64,000 nucleotides of DNA from Longimicrobiales bacterium (GTDB lineage Bacteria; Gemmatimonadota; Gemmatimonadetes; Longimicrobiales; Gaopeijiaceae), in assembly GCA_963664435.2 (NCBI GenBank), contig CAXXKM010000003.1, positions 384,001-448,000 of the forward strand. Direction: 5' to 3'. Below the pieces are notes generated by a model, which saw nothing but the letters and a program-made list of their open reading frames with translations, did no database searches and was not told the DNA's origin. Both the position numbers and the translations under genes were made by a program. Positions within the stretch are counted from its first letter, which is position 1, and every line of letters starts with the position of its first letter. Of this stretch, positions 42,031 to 53,729 are shown piece after piece.

Positions 42031-42986
42031 GTGATCGGGAGGGAGAAGCGGATGCTCTTGCGACATTATCTCGAGCAGGGGATGCCGAAGGCCGAGATCG
42101 CGCGGCAGCTGGAGATCAGCAGGCGGACGGTGTACAACTGGATCGAGGCCGGGGAGCTGGACCGAGGTGCGGACAGCAAGGCGGTGAGGTACGGGCCCAG
42201 GCCACGGCGGCCGTCGAAGCTCGACCCCTACACGGGCATCATCGACGCGCGCCTGGCCGAGTATCCGAAGCTGAGCGCCGTGCGTCTGTTCAACGAGGTG
42301 CGGGCGGCGGGCTTCGGAGGCGGCTACGGGCAGGTGAAGCGCTACGTGCGCGAGGTCCGGCCGCGGGAGCCTGTGGAGCCGGTCCGGAGGTTCGAGACCG
42401 CTCCGGGCCACCAGGGCCAGGTGGACTTCGCCGACTTCCGGCTGCCGTGGGGCAAGCGGCACGCGCTGATCGTGGTGCTGGGCTATTCGGGGCGGATGTG
42501 GTTGAGGTTCTACGAGCGCCAGACGATGCCGGTCGTAATGCGGGGGCTGGAGGCGTCGTTCGCCTACTTCGGCGGTGTGCCGTCGGAGTTGCTGTTCGAC
42601 CAGATGAAGGCCGTCATCACCGCGCATGCCGTCCGTACCGCGCCCAGACGAAGGGGAAGGTCGAGCGGCCGGTCCGCTATATCCGGGACAACTTCTTCTA
42701 CGGCCGGGAGTTCGTGTCCGACGACGACCTCAACAAGCGGATCCTGCTGTGGCTCGACGGGGTGGCCAACGTTCGGGTCCACGGCACGCTGAAGGAGCGC
42801 GTGGCGGACCGGTTCGACCGCGAGAGGCCAAGCTTGAGTCCCTTGCCTCCCTGGCCCTACCGTCCCGTGGCGCCGCGGCACGAGCCTTGGACGACACAGA
42901 CTGAAGCACCGTCGGCGCCCCCCGTCGCGGAGGTTGAGCGCCGTCCGCTGTCCGAGTACGCCGGGATCACGGGAGAGATCTCGTGA
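42031..42986 (+). pseudogene. istA: IS21 transposase IstA with internal deletion/frameshift near 42620
   Basis: RFETAPGHQGQVDF..FDQMKAVI jumps to another frame RACRPYRAQTKGKVER. Confidence 0.85.
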
Positions 42987-43804
42987 AGGCGCGGTCCCGA
43001 AGCACGCGCATCGCGGCCCAATTGGCCGATCTGAAGATGCCCGGCGCCCTGGAGGCCCTCGATGACGTGCTCGCAGGCGTGGACGGCGGCGGAACCACCG
43101 CGGCCGAGGCCATCGAGTTGCTGCTGGTCGCCCAGATCACGCTGCGCAACAGCCAGCGCCTTGCAACCGCCATGCGATCGAGCCGTCTTCCGGCGATCAA
43201 GACGCTGGCGGACTTCGACTTCAGCTTCCAGCCCTCGGTCAAGCGGGAACAGATCGACTCGCTCCACGAACTCGGGTGCCTGGAACGGAAGGAGAACGTG
43301 GTCTTCCTCGGCCCGCCCGGCGTCGGCAAGACGCACCTCGCGATCAGCCTGGCCATCACCGCAGCCGAGAGCGGCCGCCGAGTCTACTACGGAACGCGGG
43401 CCGACCTCATCGACTCCCTCGAAGAGGCCCCGGCCGCCGGCCGGCTCAACCACCGGCTCAAGACCCTCACCCACCCGGCGCTCCTGGTCGTGGACGAGAT
43501 CGGCTACCTCCCGGTCACCCGCAGCGGCGCCATCCTGTTCTTCCAACTCGTCAACCGCCGCTACGAGCATGCCTCGACCGTGGTCACCTCGAACAAGGGC
43601 TTCGAGCAGTGGGGCGAGATCCTGCACGACGAGGTCATGGGCGCCGCGCTGCTGGACCGGCTGCTCCACCGCTGCCACATCGTCAACATCCGCGGCAACA
43701 GCTACCGGATGCGACGCCACATGGAACTCTCCAAGGCCATCCACCCGACGGCCTCCCGCGCCGTCTCCGCGGAGCACGCCGGCAACGGGGAAACAGGGTC
43801 ATGA
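42983..43804 (+). CDS. istB: IS21 helper ATPase IstB
   Basis: GPPGVGKTHLA, VDEIGY, LDRLLH, GNSYR. Confidence 0.92.
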   Translation: MKARSRSTRIAAQLADLKMPGALEALDDVLAGVDGGGTTAAEAIELLLVAQITLRNSQRLATAMRSSRLPAIKTLADFDFSFQPSVKREQIDSLHELGCLERKENVVFLGPPGVGKTHLAISLAITAAESGRRVYYGTRADLIDSLEEAPAAGRLNHRLKTLTHPALLVVDEIGYLPVTRSGAILFFQLVNRRYEHASTVVTSNKGFEQWGEILHDEVMGAALLDRLLHRCHIVNIRGNSYRMRRHMELSKAIHPTASRAVSAEHAGNGETGS

Positions 43805-43952
43805 CAGGTGTCCGGACTCCATCGGGAGCCCCCGCTCCGGTCGCTTCGCTTCCTGCGCGGCGGCTCCCGAAAAGTGTACATTTTTCAATGGCCAGAAGTG
43901 TGCACTTTTCGGTGGCCATTGACACATATTGCACGAAGCGGCCATCCAGACA

Positions 43953-44822
43953 CTATCCGCTGCTCCGAAGACCGTCCAAAGCTCCCAAGAACTCTAACCT
44001 GACCGCATTCCACTCGTGATGTGACTGTACCACCGGACACCAAAACCGCACCGAGTCAGCTGCGGCGTCGAAACCCTCCATGGGAAACGTCAAGACACCC
44101 TTCAGTTCGATGCCCAGCGTGTCACGGCCGACGTAGTGTGAGGTCACGTAGTCGTGAGCCGGGCTCCATCCTTCGCGCACTCGCACTTCACTCTCGTTCA
44201 ATCGATCCCTGAGGCGCTGCCCTACCGACCTGAGGCGTTCCTGAACTAGGCCCGCGACCAGATTCCGTGGCCGCTCCTGCAACGTTTCTTCAACTTCCGC
44301 CAGGGTTTCATAGCTTCCCCTAGTGCTTCGGAGCAACTCATCGCGCTCCGCGTCGGTATCGAGTTCAGGCAACGGCTGCCACCCCATAGTACCGTCCAAG
44401 AACCACCCGCCGTGCGTCGGAGTCGCCCTATACTGCCAAGCGTACACTCTTGCGTCCACCGCCATGCGCGCGACATCCAATAATCCGAGTTGGCCGCTAA
44501 GCTCTTCGAACGCCGCTTCATCGCTTGATGTCAAGGACGTGTCCGGCATGGCTACTTGGAAAAAGACTCCGTCCGTGGTAGAGAGGGGTTCGCTATTCTC
44601 ATTCACCTGACACCAGTATCCCAAGGTGACGGGAATGGTATCGCGCCCGGCGGTCAGCAACTGCGTCGGGCCAAAGGAACGAAACATCCCCGTTCTAGCC
44701 CCGGTGAGATCATCTACCTCGGCCTGTACTGAGCCCGGCCAAGGGATCCGGCTTGGGCGGCCATCCGCGCAGCTAGACGCTACTATGACGAGGGCGGCCA
44801 GCGCCGGTACTACACTCCTCAT
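43953..44822 (-). CDS. Hypothetical lipoprotein (paralog of 23336-24364)
   Basis: Lipobox-like ASS-C; extensive shared motifs. Confidence 0.75.
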   Translation of the reverse strand: MRSVVPALAALVIVASSCADGRPSRIPWPGSVQAEVDDLTGARTGMFRSFGPTQLLTAGRDTIPVTLGYWCQVNENSEPLSTTDGVFFQVAMPDTSLTSSDEAAFEELSGQLGLLDVARMAVDARVYAWQYRATPTHGGWFLDGTMGWQPLPELDTDAERDELLRSTRGSYETLAEVEETLQERPRNLVAGLVQERLRSVGQRLRDRLNESEVRVREGWSPAHDYVTSHYVGRDTLGIELKGVLTFPMEGFDAAADSVRFWCPVVQSHHEWNAVRLEFLGALDGLRSSG

Positions 44823-45310
44823 GGAAGACCTACTGGGTGCTGCGGTTGCTCGGCTGGCTGTGCCTTCATGATTCCGGTTTCCCCTCGCCGTGGGCTCAGA
44901 ACCCGAGGCGGGGATCTTGTGAACATGGAGCGGTTCGCAGTTTCAAGTCAGCTTCGAACGACCTCAGCGTACACCTCGGGACGCACTCGGACAAGTGCTG
45001 CGTCGCCAGGGCCATCCTGCGGCGGAGGACGTGTCCCGCCTCTAGCGCAAGAAGGTGGTCAGAGGCACGGTCGGTCCCCTTGCCCAGGGGTCGGCTCGTG
45101 ATCCATTATCGGTCAGGAGGCAGCATACCTCGGAAAGGGCGGATTCCGTGCGGTTCGGGGCCGTAGGGCGAGTGTCCGTTCGACATCGGGGGGCGACCGG
45201 ACACGAAATCGTGTTTCCGACGGACAAGCCACCAGTCCGCCATGTCATTGGACGGCTTGCGGTTGCGCCTCTTCCGGACGAGAGGTCGTGACGCGCGGGC
45301 GCTGGCGAGT

Positions 45311-45429
45311 GTGGCCGGAGCGACCCCCCGCCCATGGCCCTTGACGTGCCATGGGGGAGGATCGGCATGGACACGCCATGCCATCCTCCGCGGGAGGTCG
45401 CTCCGGTCCAACGATCCTTTGCAGGAAGG
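45311..45429 (-). repeat. Structured ~120-nt element, copy 2
   Basis: GGAGCGACC/GGTCGCTCC closing stem; inner GGAGGATGGCATGG/CCATGCCGATCCTCC and CCCATGGC/GCCATGGG hairpins. Confidence 0.7.
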
Positions 45430-45574
45430 CTTTCAAGGGCAGAATGGGGCGGGCGCGTTCGGTGCCCGCCGTCCGCGACCGCCGCGTCCCGGCCTGGCGC
45501 GGCAACGCTGAACAGCCCAACGTCCAGCAGGTCGGCGAACGGGTCCTCCGCCGCCCCGACGCGGCGCTCAACAC

Positions 45575-45694
45575 CCTTCCGGGACGGATCGCTGGTCAGG
45601 GAGCGACCCGCCGGGGAGGGCGGCATGGGCTTGCACATGCCGAACCTGCCCTATGCCGCACTAAGATACCGAAAGGGCGGGTCGCTCCCGCCAC
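45575..45694 (+). repeat. Structured ~120-nt element, copy 3 (inverted relative to copy 2)
   Basis: GGGAGCGACCC/GGGTCGCTCCC closing stem; inner GGCATG/CATGCC. Confidence 0.7.
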
Positions 45695-46206
45695 GGCCGG
45701 TGCGGCCCCTCCGGCAACGGACGGCCGGGCGCGAGGCCGCAAGACACCACCGCGCAAGCGAATCGACGGCAAGCCCGGGTTGAATCGCCGAAGGGCCGTC
45801 CGTGAAACGACCCCGCGCGTCGTTTTCACGCCGCGGTGCGGCGTAGGCGCGAGTGCCGGGGCATCGGCGACGCATGCTTTGCCCGCCTACCCCGCCGACC
45901 AGAGGCACCGGCCTCGGGACGAGGGCGCCTTTCGTCTATACGCTGTGCTCCACGTCCGGGTTTTCGGCGGGCTTTACGCCCCTCGCTGCCTGGTGCGGGA
46001 AACCCAAGAGGTCTAACGGGAGCGGAGCTCTCCCCTTGCCAGCCCGCGATGTTCAACGTCGCGTCGGCGGATCCGCTGAGGCCCAAATCACGGCAGGAGA
46101 TAACGTAAGTCTAACTGGGACTGCACGACCTGCCACTCTTGCCGTTGGACTGGACCCTGCTGGACCGTGCCGCGAAAGCGGGAAAACCGGACTCGAATGG
46201 CGGGAA

Positions 46207-49200
46207 TCACCGAACCTCCGATTCTACGTCTTCTTGCCGAACTATCATATCGGAGTGTCGCGGTTCTCTTTCCGCACACTGCGCCCACATGTCAGCATAG
46301 AAGCCGTATCGAAGCTGGCCGCGATTCCGCGTCCATGGGATGGGAAAGACTCGCGGATTATCCGTCTCCGTGCGATCGACTACATAGAGCCAGTATTCCA
46401 GTTCGTCCTCTGTGTGCTGGAGGGCGTCCTCCACCTGGCGCGCGGTAAGAAGCACGCTCGCATCCTCCGCGAAATCCCCCTTGACACCCTTCACTTCGAT
46501 GCGTCGCTGCCGCCCCGTCACGGGGTCGTCGCTGAGAACATCGAAGCCCGGTTGACCGGCTGGCATTTCCTTAGCCGGGCGTTTGTGCCGTATCTCGTAC
46601 TTGACCACGGCAGCGCGCGCCTTCTTATCGTCCTTCGGTGGAGTACTGGTCTTGGTTGGCTCGACCGCATCCGAGCCCCCCGCACCGGACACCGAGGACG
46701 CCCTTCCCTGATTCCTGGCGATGAGAATCGCGAATTGGTCTGCTGCGGGGCTCGAATCAGGCGCTGTCCTTTTCGATTGGGTGGCCCGACCCTTGGGTGC
46801 GACCCTGCGGCTTTGGTCGTCGGGCGGTTCCCGACCCGAATCCGGGCCAGCTCGAGTCGTGCCTGCTGGCTCCGGATCAACGGGACCTGTCGGCAGGGGT
46901 TCTCTCGTGTCTGTCTCAGGTCTATCGATCGTTGGCTCCGGTACGGACAACCCGAGGCCGCTGGCGAGCACTTTCAGATTCTCAGAAAACCGTTCATCCT
47001 CCGCAAGGGAACCAAGCGCTGCCGTGAGCCGCGGTATCGAGTTACCTCGCTGTCCCAACTGGAAATGCTCGACGAGTTGCTCAGCCGCTTCCGTACCGAA
47101 GGTCGCTGGAGTCCCAGTGACCATGAGTTCATCATGGACGAGATAGGCGGTGACTTGGTGCCTCTCGCCTTCGACCCACAACGCAAGGTGTAGGCGGCAG
47201 GTAATCCTGCTCAGGGGTTGGCGACCCTCAAGGGTGCCAAGAGCCACCACAAGTCTCTTTAGATTACCCATCCACGGCGGTCGGGGAAGCTCACGTCCTT
47301 TACTTATCTTGATCTTGGTCGAAAGGCACGCGATCCCAAGTTCGGCCGCAACGAGGCGAATCTGTTCTGGGACACCTCCGAGGTGTGCGGCCGAGATGGC
47401 TACCCGGTTGGCTGTAAGCAGTTGGCGAATGAAGGGGGATCGGACATCATCGACCACGAGTGAGTCGCTGATCTCATGCCAACGACCCTTGCCATAGAGC
47501 CGAGCCTCTTGCTTTGCGTCGCGCCAGACTCCACGGTCCAGATCGTCGCGCTCCAAGTCTTGAAGGACGTAGCGATACGCGGACGCTGTGTGGGCTCGGA
47601 TCTCATCCACGGACTTCGGCCTAAGTCTCCAGCATTCAGAGAGATATCCGAGAGCCTGCTGGCCCGTGGTTGTCCTGGGCAGCTCGATCTCAATTCGATC
47701 CACCGCCGCAGCCAAACCCGCCTCGACAGAGGAAAGCGCCACGACCCATCCGCCGAGGTCACTTCGCGTCCCGGGACGACCAGCCTCTCGCACTACACGC
47801 TCCAGTGGGACGCCGCGTAGCTTCACGGAGCGAAACGTGGCTATCAGTTCATCGCGCGTCACGTTGCCCGCCTCGATCTCTGCCAGCGCCTCTTCGAGCA
47901 AACCCGCCAGATCGGCGTCCGGCAAGTTAGATGAGCCTCGCTTCTCCAACCGGCGCAGCACGGGAGAGAGAGATGTCGGCGCCGAAACGAACCCCTTCCT
48001 GCTTCAAGCGGTTCGCTAAGTCCGGGTCGATACGCGCGAGGGGCGCATCTTCGTAGTCGGGGTCGGCGTCGAGTAGCAAATCTGCGGGCTTCCTGCGTTG
48101 GCCATCTTCACAGAGAATCCACGGAAGCTGCTCCAGTGCTTTAACCCACAGCGAGCGTCGTTCTCCGTCAGTTGTCTTCGGCCCACGGTAGCTGCTGGTC
48201 GCCTTCACCCTGCCCTTGCGCGCAAGAAGGGTATGTTCGCGTGAAAGCCACCTCTGTAGGGCATCAAGTGGGACGGTTTGAACCTTGAAGGGCAGGTCGT
48301 AGTCGAGCACAGTCCATCCCGACGCTTGCGCTGCACGCTTAATCCGGTCCAACTCGATCCCGAGCAGCTTGCCGACGGCCTGCTTGTCGTAGCCGACATG
48401 GACGCGCCGTTCCGTCAGGGTGGCGTCACCACGAACCCCAAGTCGTTCGATGAAGCGCACCGCCGCCTGCTGGTCGTCGATAAGAGCGTAGTCCTCCACG
48501 AGCGCTGGCACGCTCGGGAAGAGTCGGCGTCGATCCTCTCCGCCCGGCACGAGCGGATCCGCCAGCAATGCTGCGGATGGCTTGTGCGCACCACCCTCGG
48601 TCATGACCAGCGGCACTAGGTCTTGGCGGTTCGGATTCCGGGAAACGGCCCAATCCAGGAGTTCGACGAGCGGGAAGGCGTCGCCGTCTCCGGCATCGGT
48701 GCAAACTTGCCGAACGATGTCTTTCAACCGCTGCTCCCGGTGCCGTTCCTGCAGCCAGGTGACGCCTGGGTGGGTGCGATGTTGATTGACAAGCGCGCGG
48801 ATTCTCGGTGGCACGCGTTGTTCGGCGGCAGGCAAGAAGCCAGCGAGCGCCTCGGCGACCACAGCCCCACTCGGTTCCTTGACGGACGGCGGTTCTTCGT
48901 TGAGCCAGCACGTATCGTCGGCGCGGAGCCACCCGTCGGCTTCCGTAGGGACGACGGGTGCGTGGTGCCATTCCTGCTCGGAGACGCACGACCAAAGCGC
49001 AAAGAGCGCGTCGGTGTTCCCCTCCACCGCGGACCACCAAGGCGGTAGCGTGACAGTCCACTCTACGGCATCAGGATCGATGTCGAGTCCCCACCCAAGC
49101 CAGTTGGCGAACTGCACGGCGCGACTCCCCAAGAGACCTTCATCCATCAGGTCGCGGTCAAACAGCAAATCTGGACGCCACGCCGGGCGTTTTCCAAACT

Positions 49201-50503
49201 CGCTGAGAAACCGGCCGGGAAGGCGCACGATGTCTCTTGGTGTGGAGAATCTGGTTTCTGGGCGGAGAACCGGAACGATCTTGAGATCCCCGAGCAAACG
49301 GATGAAATCGCACCGTAGGGCACCAAGTACATCGGAGACCTCCCCTTCGAGCCGGGTGGGGTTAGACAGTATCCGGTAACCCCGGCTCATGGCGGATTCC
49401 GACTGCTCCTTCAGCCAAAGAAGTATTTCTCGCACAAGCATCGGGACTTGCTGCACGATTGCTTCCTGCCAAGGATCTCCTCTGATGGCCCGGAGGCTCT
49501 GACGTTCCAGGTTGACCAGCCAGTCCGCCTGCAAATGGAATCCGAAGGGAATGGACACCCGAGTCGGAAGTGTCGCGTAGACCCGACCTTGGGACGGTGG
49601 GTTCGGTAACCCGTCCTCGTCCAAGGGCACGAGCGCCACGACGCTCCGCTTCGGCCGCTCTGACCCACTGGCCTCTTGGTACGTGAGGTCTTGGCGCGCC
49701 TCCAAGAACCGTCGCATCGCGGCGTCATCCGGGCGATAGCATGACACGAAGAATCGCCACCGCCGAGAGAGCCCATCGGGCGCGCGACGAACTTCGACCA
49801 CTCCGTCCCGCACCGAGAGGTCCCAAGTGACATCGTCAATGCACACCTGCTCCAAGCCCCGCAACGCGAGCACGGACAACGGAGTTGGGTCGTCTGGGGA
49901 CGCTAGGCGCGCTAGGTCGTCGGCCAAGCGGGCCGCCGGGGCTACGGGACGAGTAAGGTGAAAGGCGGTAGTGTAACCAGCATCGGGATCGAGCCGCTCA
50001 CGGTCCCAGTGTGGCTGTAGGGCGTCGAACCAGTCAGAGACCGTGGCGCCGAGCGCCCCGTGGCGCTTTCCGATGTCGAACCTAATGCGCCAGCCGAAAC
50101 CCGAAATCCGCGCTGTTCGAAACCGATTGAAGACTGACTTGAATCCAACTCCCATGAACCCGATGGCGTCCTGCCCCTTGGTCGAAGCACCAATCGAAGA
50201 CAGCCCATCCACACCAGGTTCGTCCAACGCAGCGTCCCCATCATGCTGGAACAACAGCGACCCACCGTTGGTCCTCCAGTAGATTCGTCGAGCACCCGCA
50301 TCGATTGCGTTCTGTGACAAGTCGTAGACGTAGGCCCACGGGTGCGGGTGTCCGGCAGCGAGCATGGTCTCGACCATCTTGCGTGCAGGTGGGCCAAAGT
50401 GCTCGTCGTTCTCGCGGCGCACCTGCTCGACGAAGGCGCGCCGTTCCCGCTCGCCTACATTCACTGTCACGCCCCGGTCCTTCCCAGACGTTACCTCGCT
50501 CAT
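46207..50503 (-). pseudogene. Sacsin-like GHKL ATPase + DUF3883 (NOV C-terminal) nuclease protein, frameshifted near 47965
   Basis: DLSQNAIDAGA, QHDG, IGFMGVGFKSVF, FHLQADW; second ORF GFDVLS..RRIEVKG..YWLYVV; ORFs overlap at a (CT)n tract. Confidence 0.8.
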
Positions 50504-51764
50504 GAGCCCTGCTCGGGGGAAGGACGTGGTGGATCAGTCGGATGCAGCATGCCGCCCCTCCGGCTGAAGAGCCCCCACGGCGCACGGCCTCCTCCCCTTG
50601 GTTCGAATGCAGGTCGGTGACCCGCCGGAGGCTGGCGGTCGGGAGTTCGAAGACCTCGATGCCGAACCGACCCTTCCCAACGAAAGGGCCTTTGGCCGTG
50701 CGGTCATCGCCTTACTGGGAGGAGTTTCGAGGTCACAGAGCATGGGGGATGGCATGGTCAAGGTTCAGCGGGTGGAGACTCAAGCAACCAACCTAAACGT
50801 AGCTGGGGCAGCGGTGCGTGGGCATCCCTCAGCCCGCCGCTGGGTGGTAGGGAGAGGACGACTCGCTCGGAATACCGAGAGGAGAGGAATGGTCGGGGTG
50901 TATCCGCCGTCTACCGGCGGGCGCGCCCAATGTCCGGTGCCTATCCGGGCCACCACTAATCGAGCTTGTGAGAACCGTTAGGGTGTTCGCCGAAGCGTCG
51001 ACGGGGGCGTTCCGACAAGCCGCTGGCGACGGCATCCGACGAGGCTGAGACCTCCTGACACGACCTCGAACGTTCTGGAACAGTGGGGTATTTCCTACCG
51101 GGTTGACGCGCTTACGGGTCGCTCTTCAGCGTTCGGACATGGAGACGGTGAAGCAAGAGTTCAACTCGTTCGCGGGTGGGGTTCACGGACGCGCACCCGA
51201 ACAGGCGCCGCGTGGGATGCACATGCCGGTCGCGCGGAGCTTGGCCGCCGCGGAGCGCGCGCCCGACAAGACGCTGGCCGGACTCTACGGCGGCCGCGTC
51301 GTCAAGGTCGCCGGGGAGGACCACCGGCTCCTCGAATCAGACGCTTACCGGGCGGCGATCACGTCGAACTGAAGCCCTCGGGCTGAGGGGGGCATGAGCG
51401 CGTCGACGAGGCGGATGCCGCGCGTCGAGCCAGCCCGTTCACGGGCGCGGCCCACGGGGGCGTTGGGCGCTGTTAGGGCGTCCAGCCAGCCTACCCCTTG
51501 TCATACCGAGGGCGCGATCATGGCTCCCGCGGTAGCCGCCGTCGCCGCCCTCGGACGCGTCCGGCCCCGCCGTTCCGGACCTCGCCTTCGAGGACCCTCC
51601 GCACGGTGTCTTCGGCGGGCGCATCCGAGTGGCGCGCCGAGGCGAAGAGCCACCGGTTGACCGCACCGGATCTTCCGTTTCACTTGTTGTCGTCGAGTAC
51701 CCTTGGCGTAAGGGCCGATGATGTTTGGTGCGTCCTGATGCTGCTTCTACAGGGAGGGATCGCT

Positions 51765-52667
51765 TTGGATCGGTGGTGTAGGCGGGTCGAGCACGTTGAC
51801 AGCGAACAGGTAGTTCCAAACTGGTTCCGACAGATCGGAGCAACCGATCCACGTTTCGTCGGGGACAAGGGGAAGCAAGGCCCCCCCGATTGGGTAATCC
51901 AATTCGGGGGTCACACCATTGCGGTAGAGGTGAGACTGCTTCGCGACGAGACGAAGGGTTGGCCTCGGGCTATGGAGATGGGGATTGAGAACAAGCTTTG
52001 TGGACTCGTCGAGAAAGTGTCGCGGGAGCACGGCAGCCCGCTGAGATGGCACGTTTTGTGTGAGTACGCTCCTGAGCAGCCACCCCAGACGATGAGAACG
52101 GGGAAGTGGGCCAACAGGGCACTGGAAATCCTTCGTAGCGCGGCCTCGGCGGCTCCGGTTCAATTGATGGACCGCCGCTTGCTAGCCAAGGAGAAGACTC
52201 GCGACTACGGGTGGGGTGTTTTCTTGGATGTGACTGCGGTTCCCGCCAAGGAGAACTTTGCGCTAGTCCAGGTGAGCATTGGACAGGGCGATCTCGTCAA
52301 TAAAGTGGTTATTCAGAACGCATCCTCTGCCATCGAGCACAAGGCCAAGAAACTTCGTGACAGCATCGCCAGGGGCGAGCGTTCTCAGCTCTACGACAAT
52401 TGGTGGCTGGTGTTCGATGACGAAGTGCTCATGGCACCCATCCTCGAGGACGACGAATGGAAGCGCATCGACCAAGAGATTCAGGCGTGCCCAAGGATTG
52501 ATGCGTGGCGCAAGGTGGTATTGGTGAACAGATTTCAGCCTGTCGACACAACCCGGCCGACGAACAAGTGGTACCATGCCTTTTGGGAGGATCCTGGTCA
52601 CCCGCCGCTCCCACCCTCCCCGGCATGGGGGTCGTATCCGGATTGTACACATACGGTAATCACCTGA
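51765..52667 (+). CDS. Hypothetical protein, possible PD-(D/E)XK nuclease fold
   Basis: PPDWVI..IAVEVR; AGGGAGG RBS before TTG 51765; last codons come from the IS481 end. Confidence 0.5.
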   Translation: MDRWCRRVEHVDSEQVVPNWFRQIGATDPRFVGDKGKQGPPDWVIQFGGHTIAVEVRLLRDETKGWPRAMEMGIENKLCGLVEKVSREHGSPLRWHVLCEYAPEQPPQTMRTGKWANRALEILRSAASAAPVQLMDRRLLAKEKTRDYGWGVFLDVTAVPAKENFALVQVSIGQGDLVNKVVIQNASSAIEHKAKKLRDSIARGERSQLYDNWWLVFDDEVLMAPILEDDEWKRIDQEIQACPRIDAWRKVVLVNRFQPVDTTRPTNKWYHAFWEDPGHPPLPPSPAWGSYPDCTHTVIT

Positions 52668-52878
52668 CACCCGGCCTTACCGAGGTCAGGTCCTACGCTG
52701 CTTTCTTCACCTCCTTCCTGGCCGAGGGTTTGCGGGTGCGCTTCCGGGCGATCCCGGCCTTGAAGACCGCGTAGGGCGTGCGTCCCTTCATGCCGCGGCC
52801 CTGGTGCGGTCGCCGCTGGTTGTAGGTCTCAAGATACACGTCCAGGTCCTTCTGCATCTCCTCGACGGTCTCGTACCC
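52644..52878 (-). mobile_element. IS481-family 3' remnant
   Basis: YETVEEMQKDLDVYLETYNQRRPHQGRGMKGRTP; terminus TGTCAGGTGATTACCGTATGTGTACA. Confidence 0.7.
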
Positions 52879-52922
52879 TATAGTGCCCCCGATTTCTCTG
52901 GACAGTAGTCTAGCAACCCCAC

Positions 52923-53579
52923 CTATGCTCGAGGCCCTTCGGTGCCGGCGTTGTTTCCCGCACGGCTTGCCGCCTCGTGGGCCTTCCAGGCCGCGTAGGT
53001 CTTTGGGATGTCCAGCGCCTTCAACCGGTTCCACGTCCGCGTCGCATCGGCCATGGCGGCATCCTCCTCGTTAGCGAAGTAGTCCGCGATGAAGTTGATG
53101 TAGCGGGCGTGAGGGATCCGATCGTAGCGCTGCCCGCCGAGGCTCAGCTCCACATAGCGCCGCACCAGGTCGCCGTAGGTCAGTCGGCGGCCGTTCGCCA
53201 GCTGTTCCTCGCGCCAGCGGTTCAATCGGTAGCGAGCCCCGGATCGCTCCTTGAACGCCGGCGCGAGCCTGGCGGCTTCAGTCACGAGAAACCGCTTCGT
53301 TTCTCTGTCGTTGACGTAGTTGACGACGGGCAGATCGAGGCTCAGTCCCTTTTCCACGTCCCGCCGTTTCGAAGCCGGTCTGGGCCTCCCGGCCGGCGAA
53401 ACGATCCGTCCTGTTTCGAGGAAGGTGCGAATGGCCGCTTCCAGTTCATCCTTCCTCCAGCGTGTCGAACGGGGAATGCCGATCTGCGCGGCAAACTGCG
53501 CGAGCTCGGTCGCGTACCAATAGCCCCGGTCGAATTGGGCCGTGGTCATGGACTTCGAGAGTGCCGTCTTCCTCGGCAT
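52923..53579 (-). CDS. SAP-like / DUF6434-type protein
   Basis: FDRGYWYATEL..RKDELEAAI..TYGDLV..RYINFIADY. Confidence 0.65.
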   Translation of the reverse strand: MPRKTALSKSMTTAQFDRGYWYATELAQFAAQIGIPRSTRWRKDELEAAIRTFLETGRIVSPAGRPRPASKRRDVEKGLSLDLPVVNYVNDRETKRFLVTEAARLAPAFKERSGARYRLNRWREEQLANGRRLTYGDLVRRYVELSLGGQRYDRIPHARYINFIADYFANEEDAAMADATRTWNRLKALDIPKTYAAWKAHEAASRAGNNAGTEGPRA

Positions 53580-53729
53580 GAGTCGCCTGGTGTCCACTCG
53601 GGTTGGCCATCCACTCCATCGCACCGACGCCTACATGGCCAGGGCGCATCGGGCAGGGGCAGGCGCCCCAAAATGGGAGAAGCGGCCCTATGCCACCAGA
53701 TACGGATGCGAGTGCCACCGGCCTTCCTG

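Larger units (their letters stand above)
41876..43924 (+). mobile_element. IS21-family insertion sequence
   Basis: IRL TGTTACCGGCCATGCAAAACTTCAC, IRR(rc) TGTCAATGGCCACCGAAAAGTGCAC with internal repeats; istA+istB; no target duplication seen. Confidence 0.9.
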
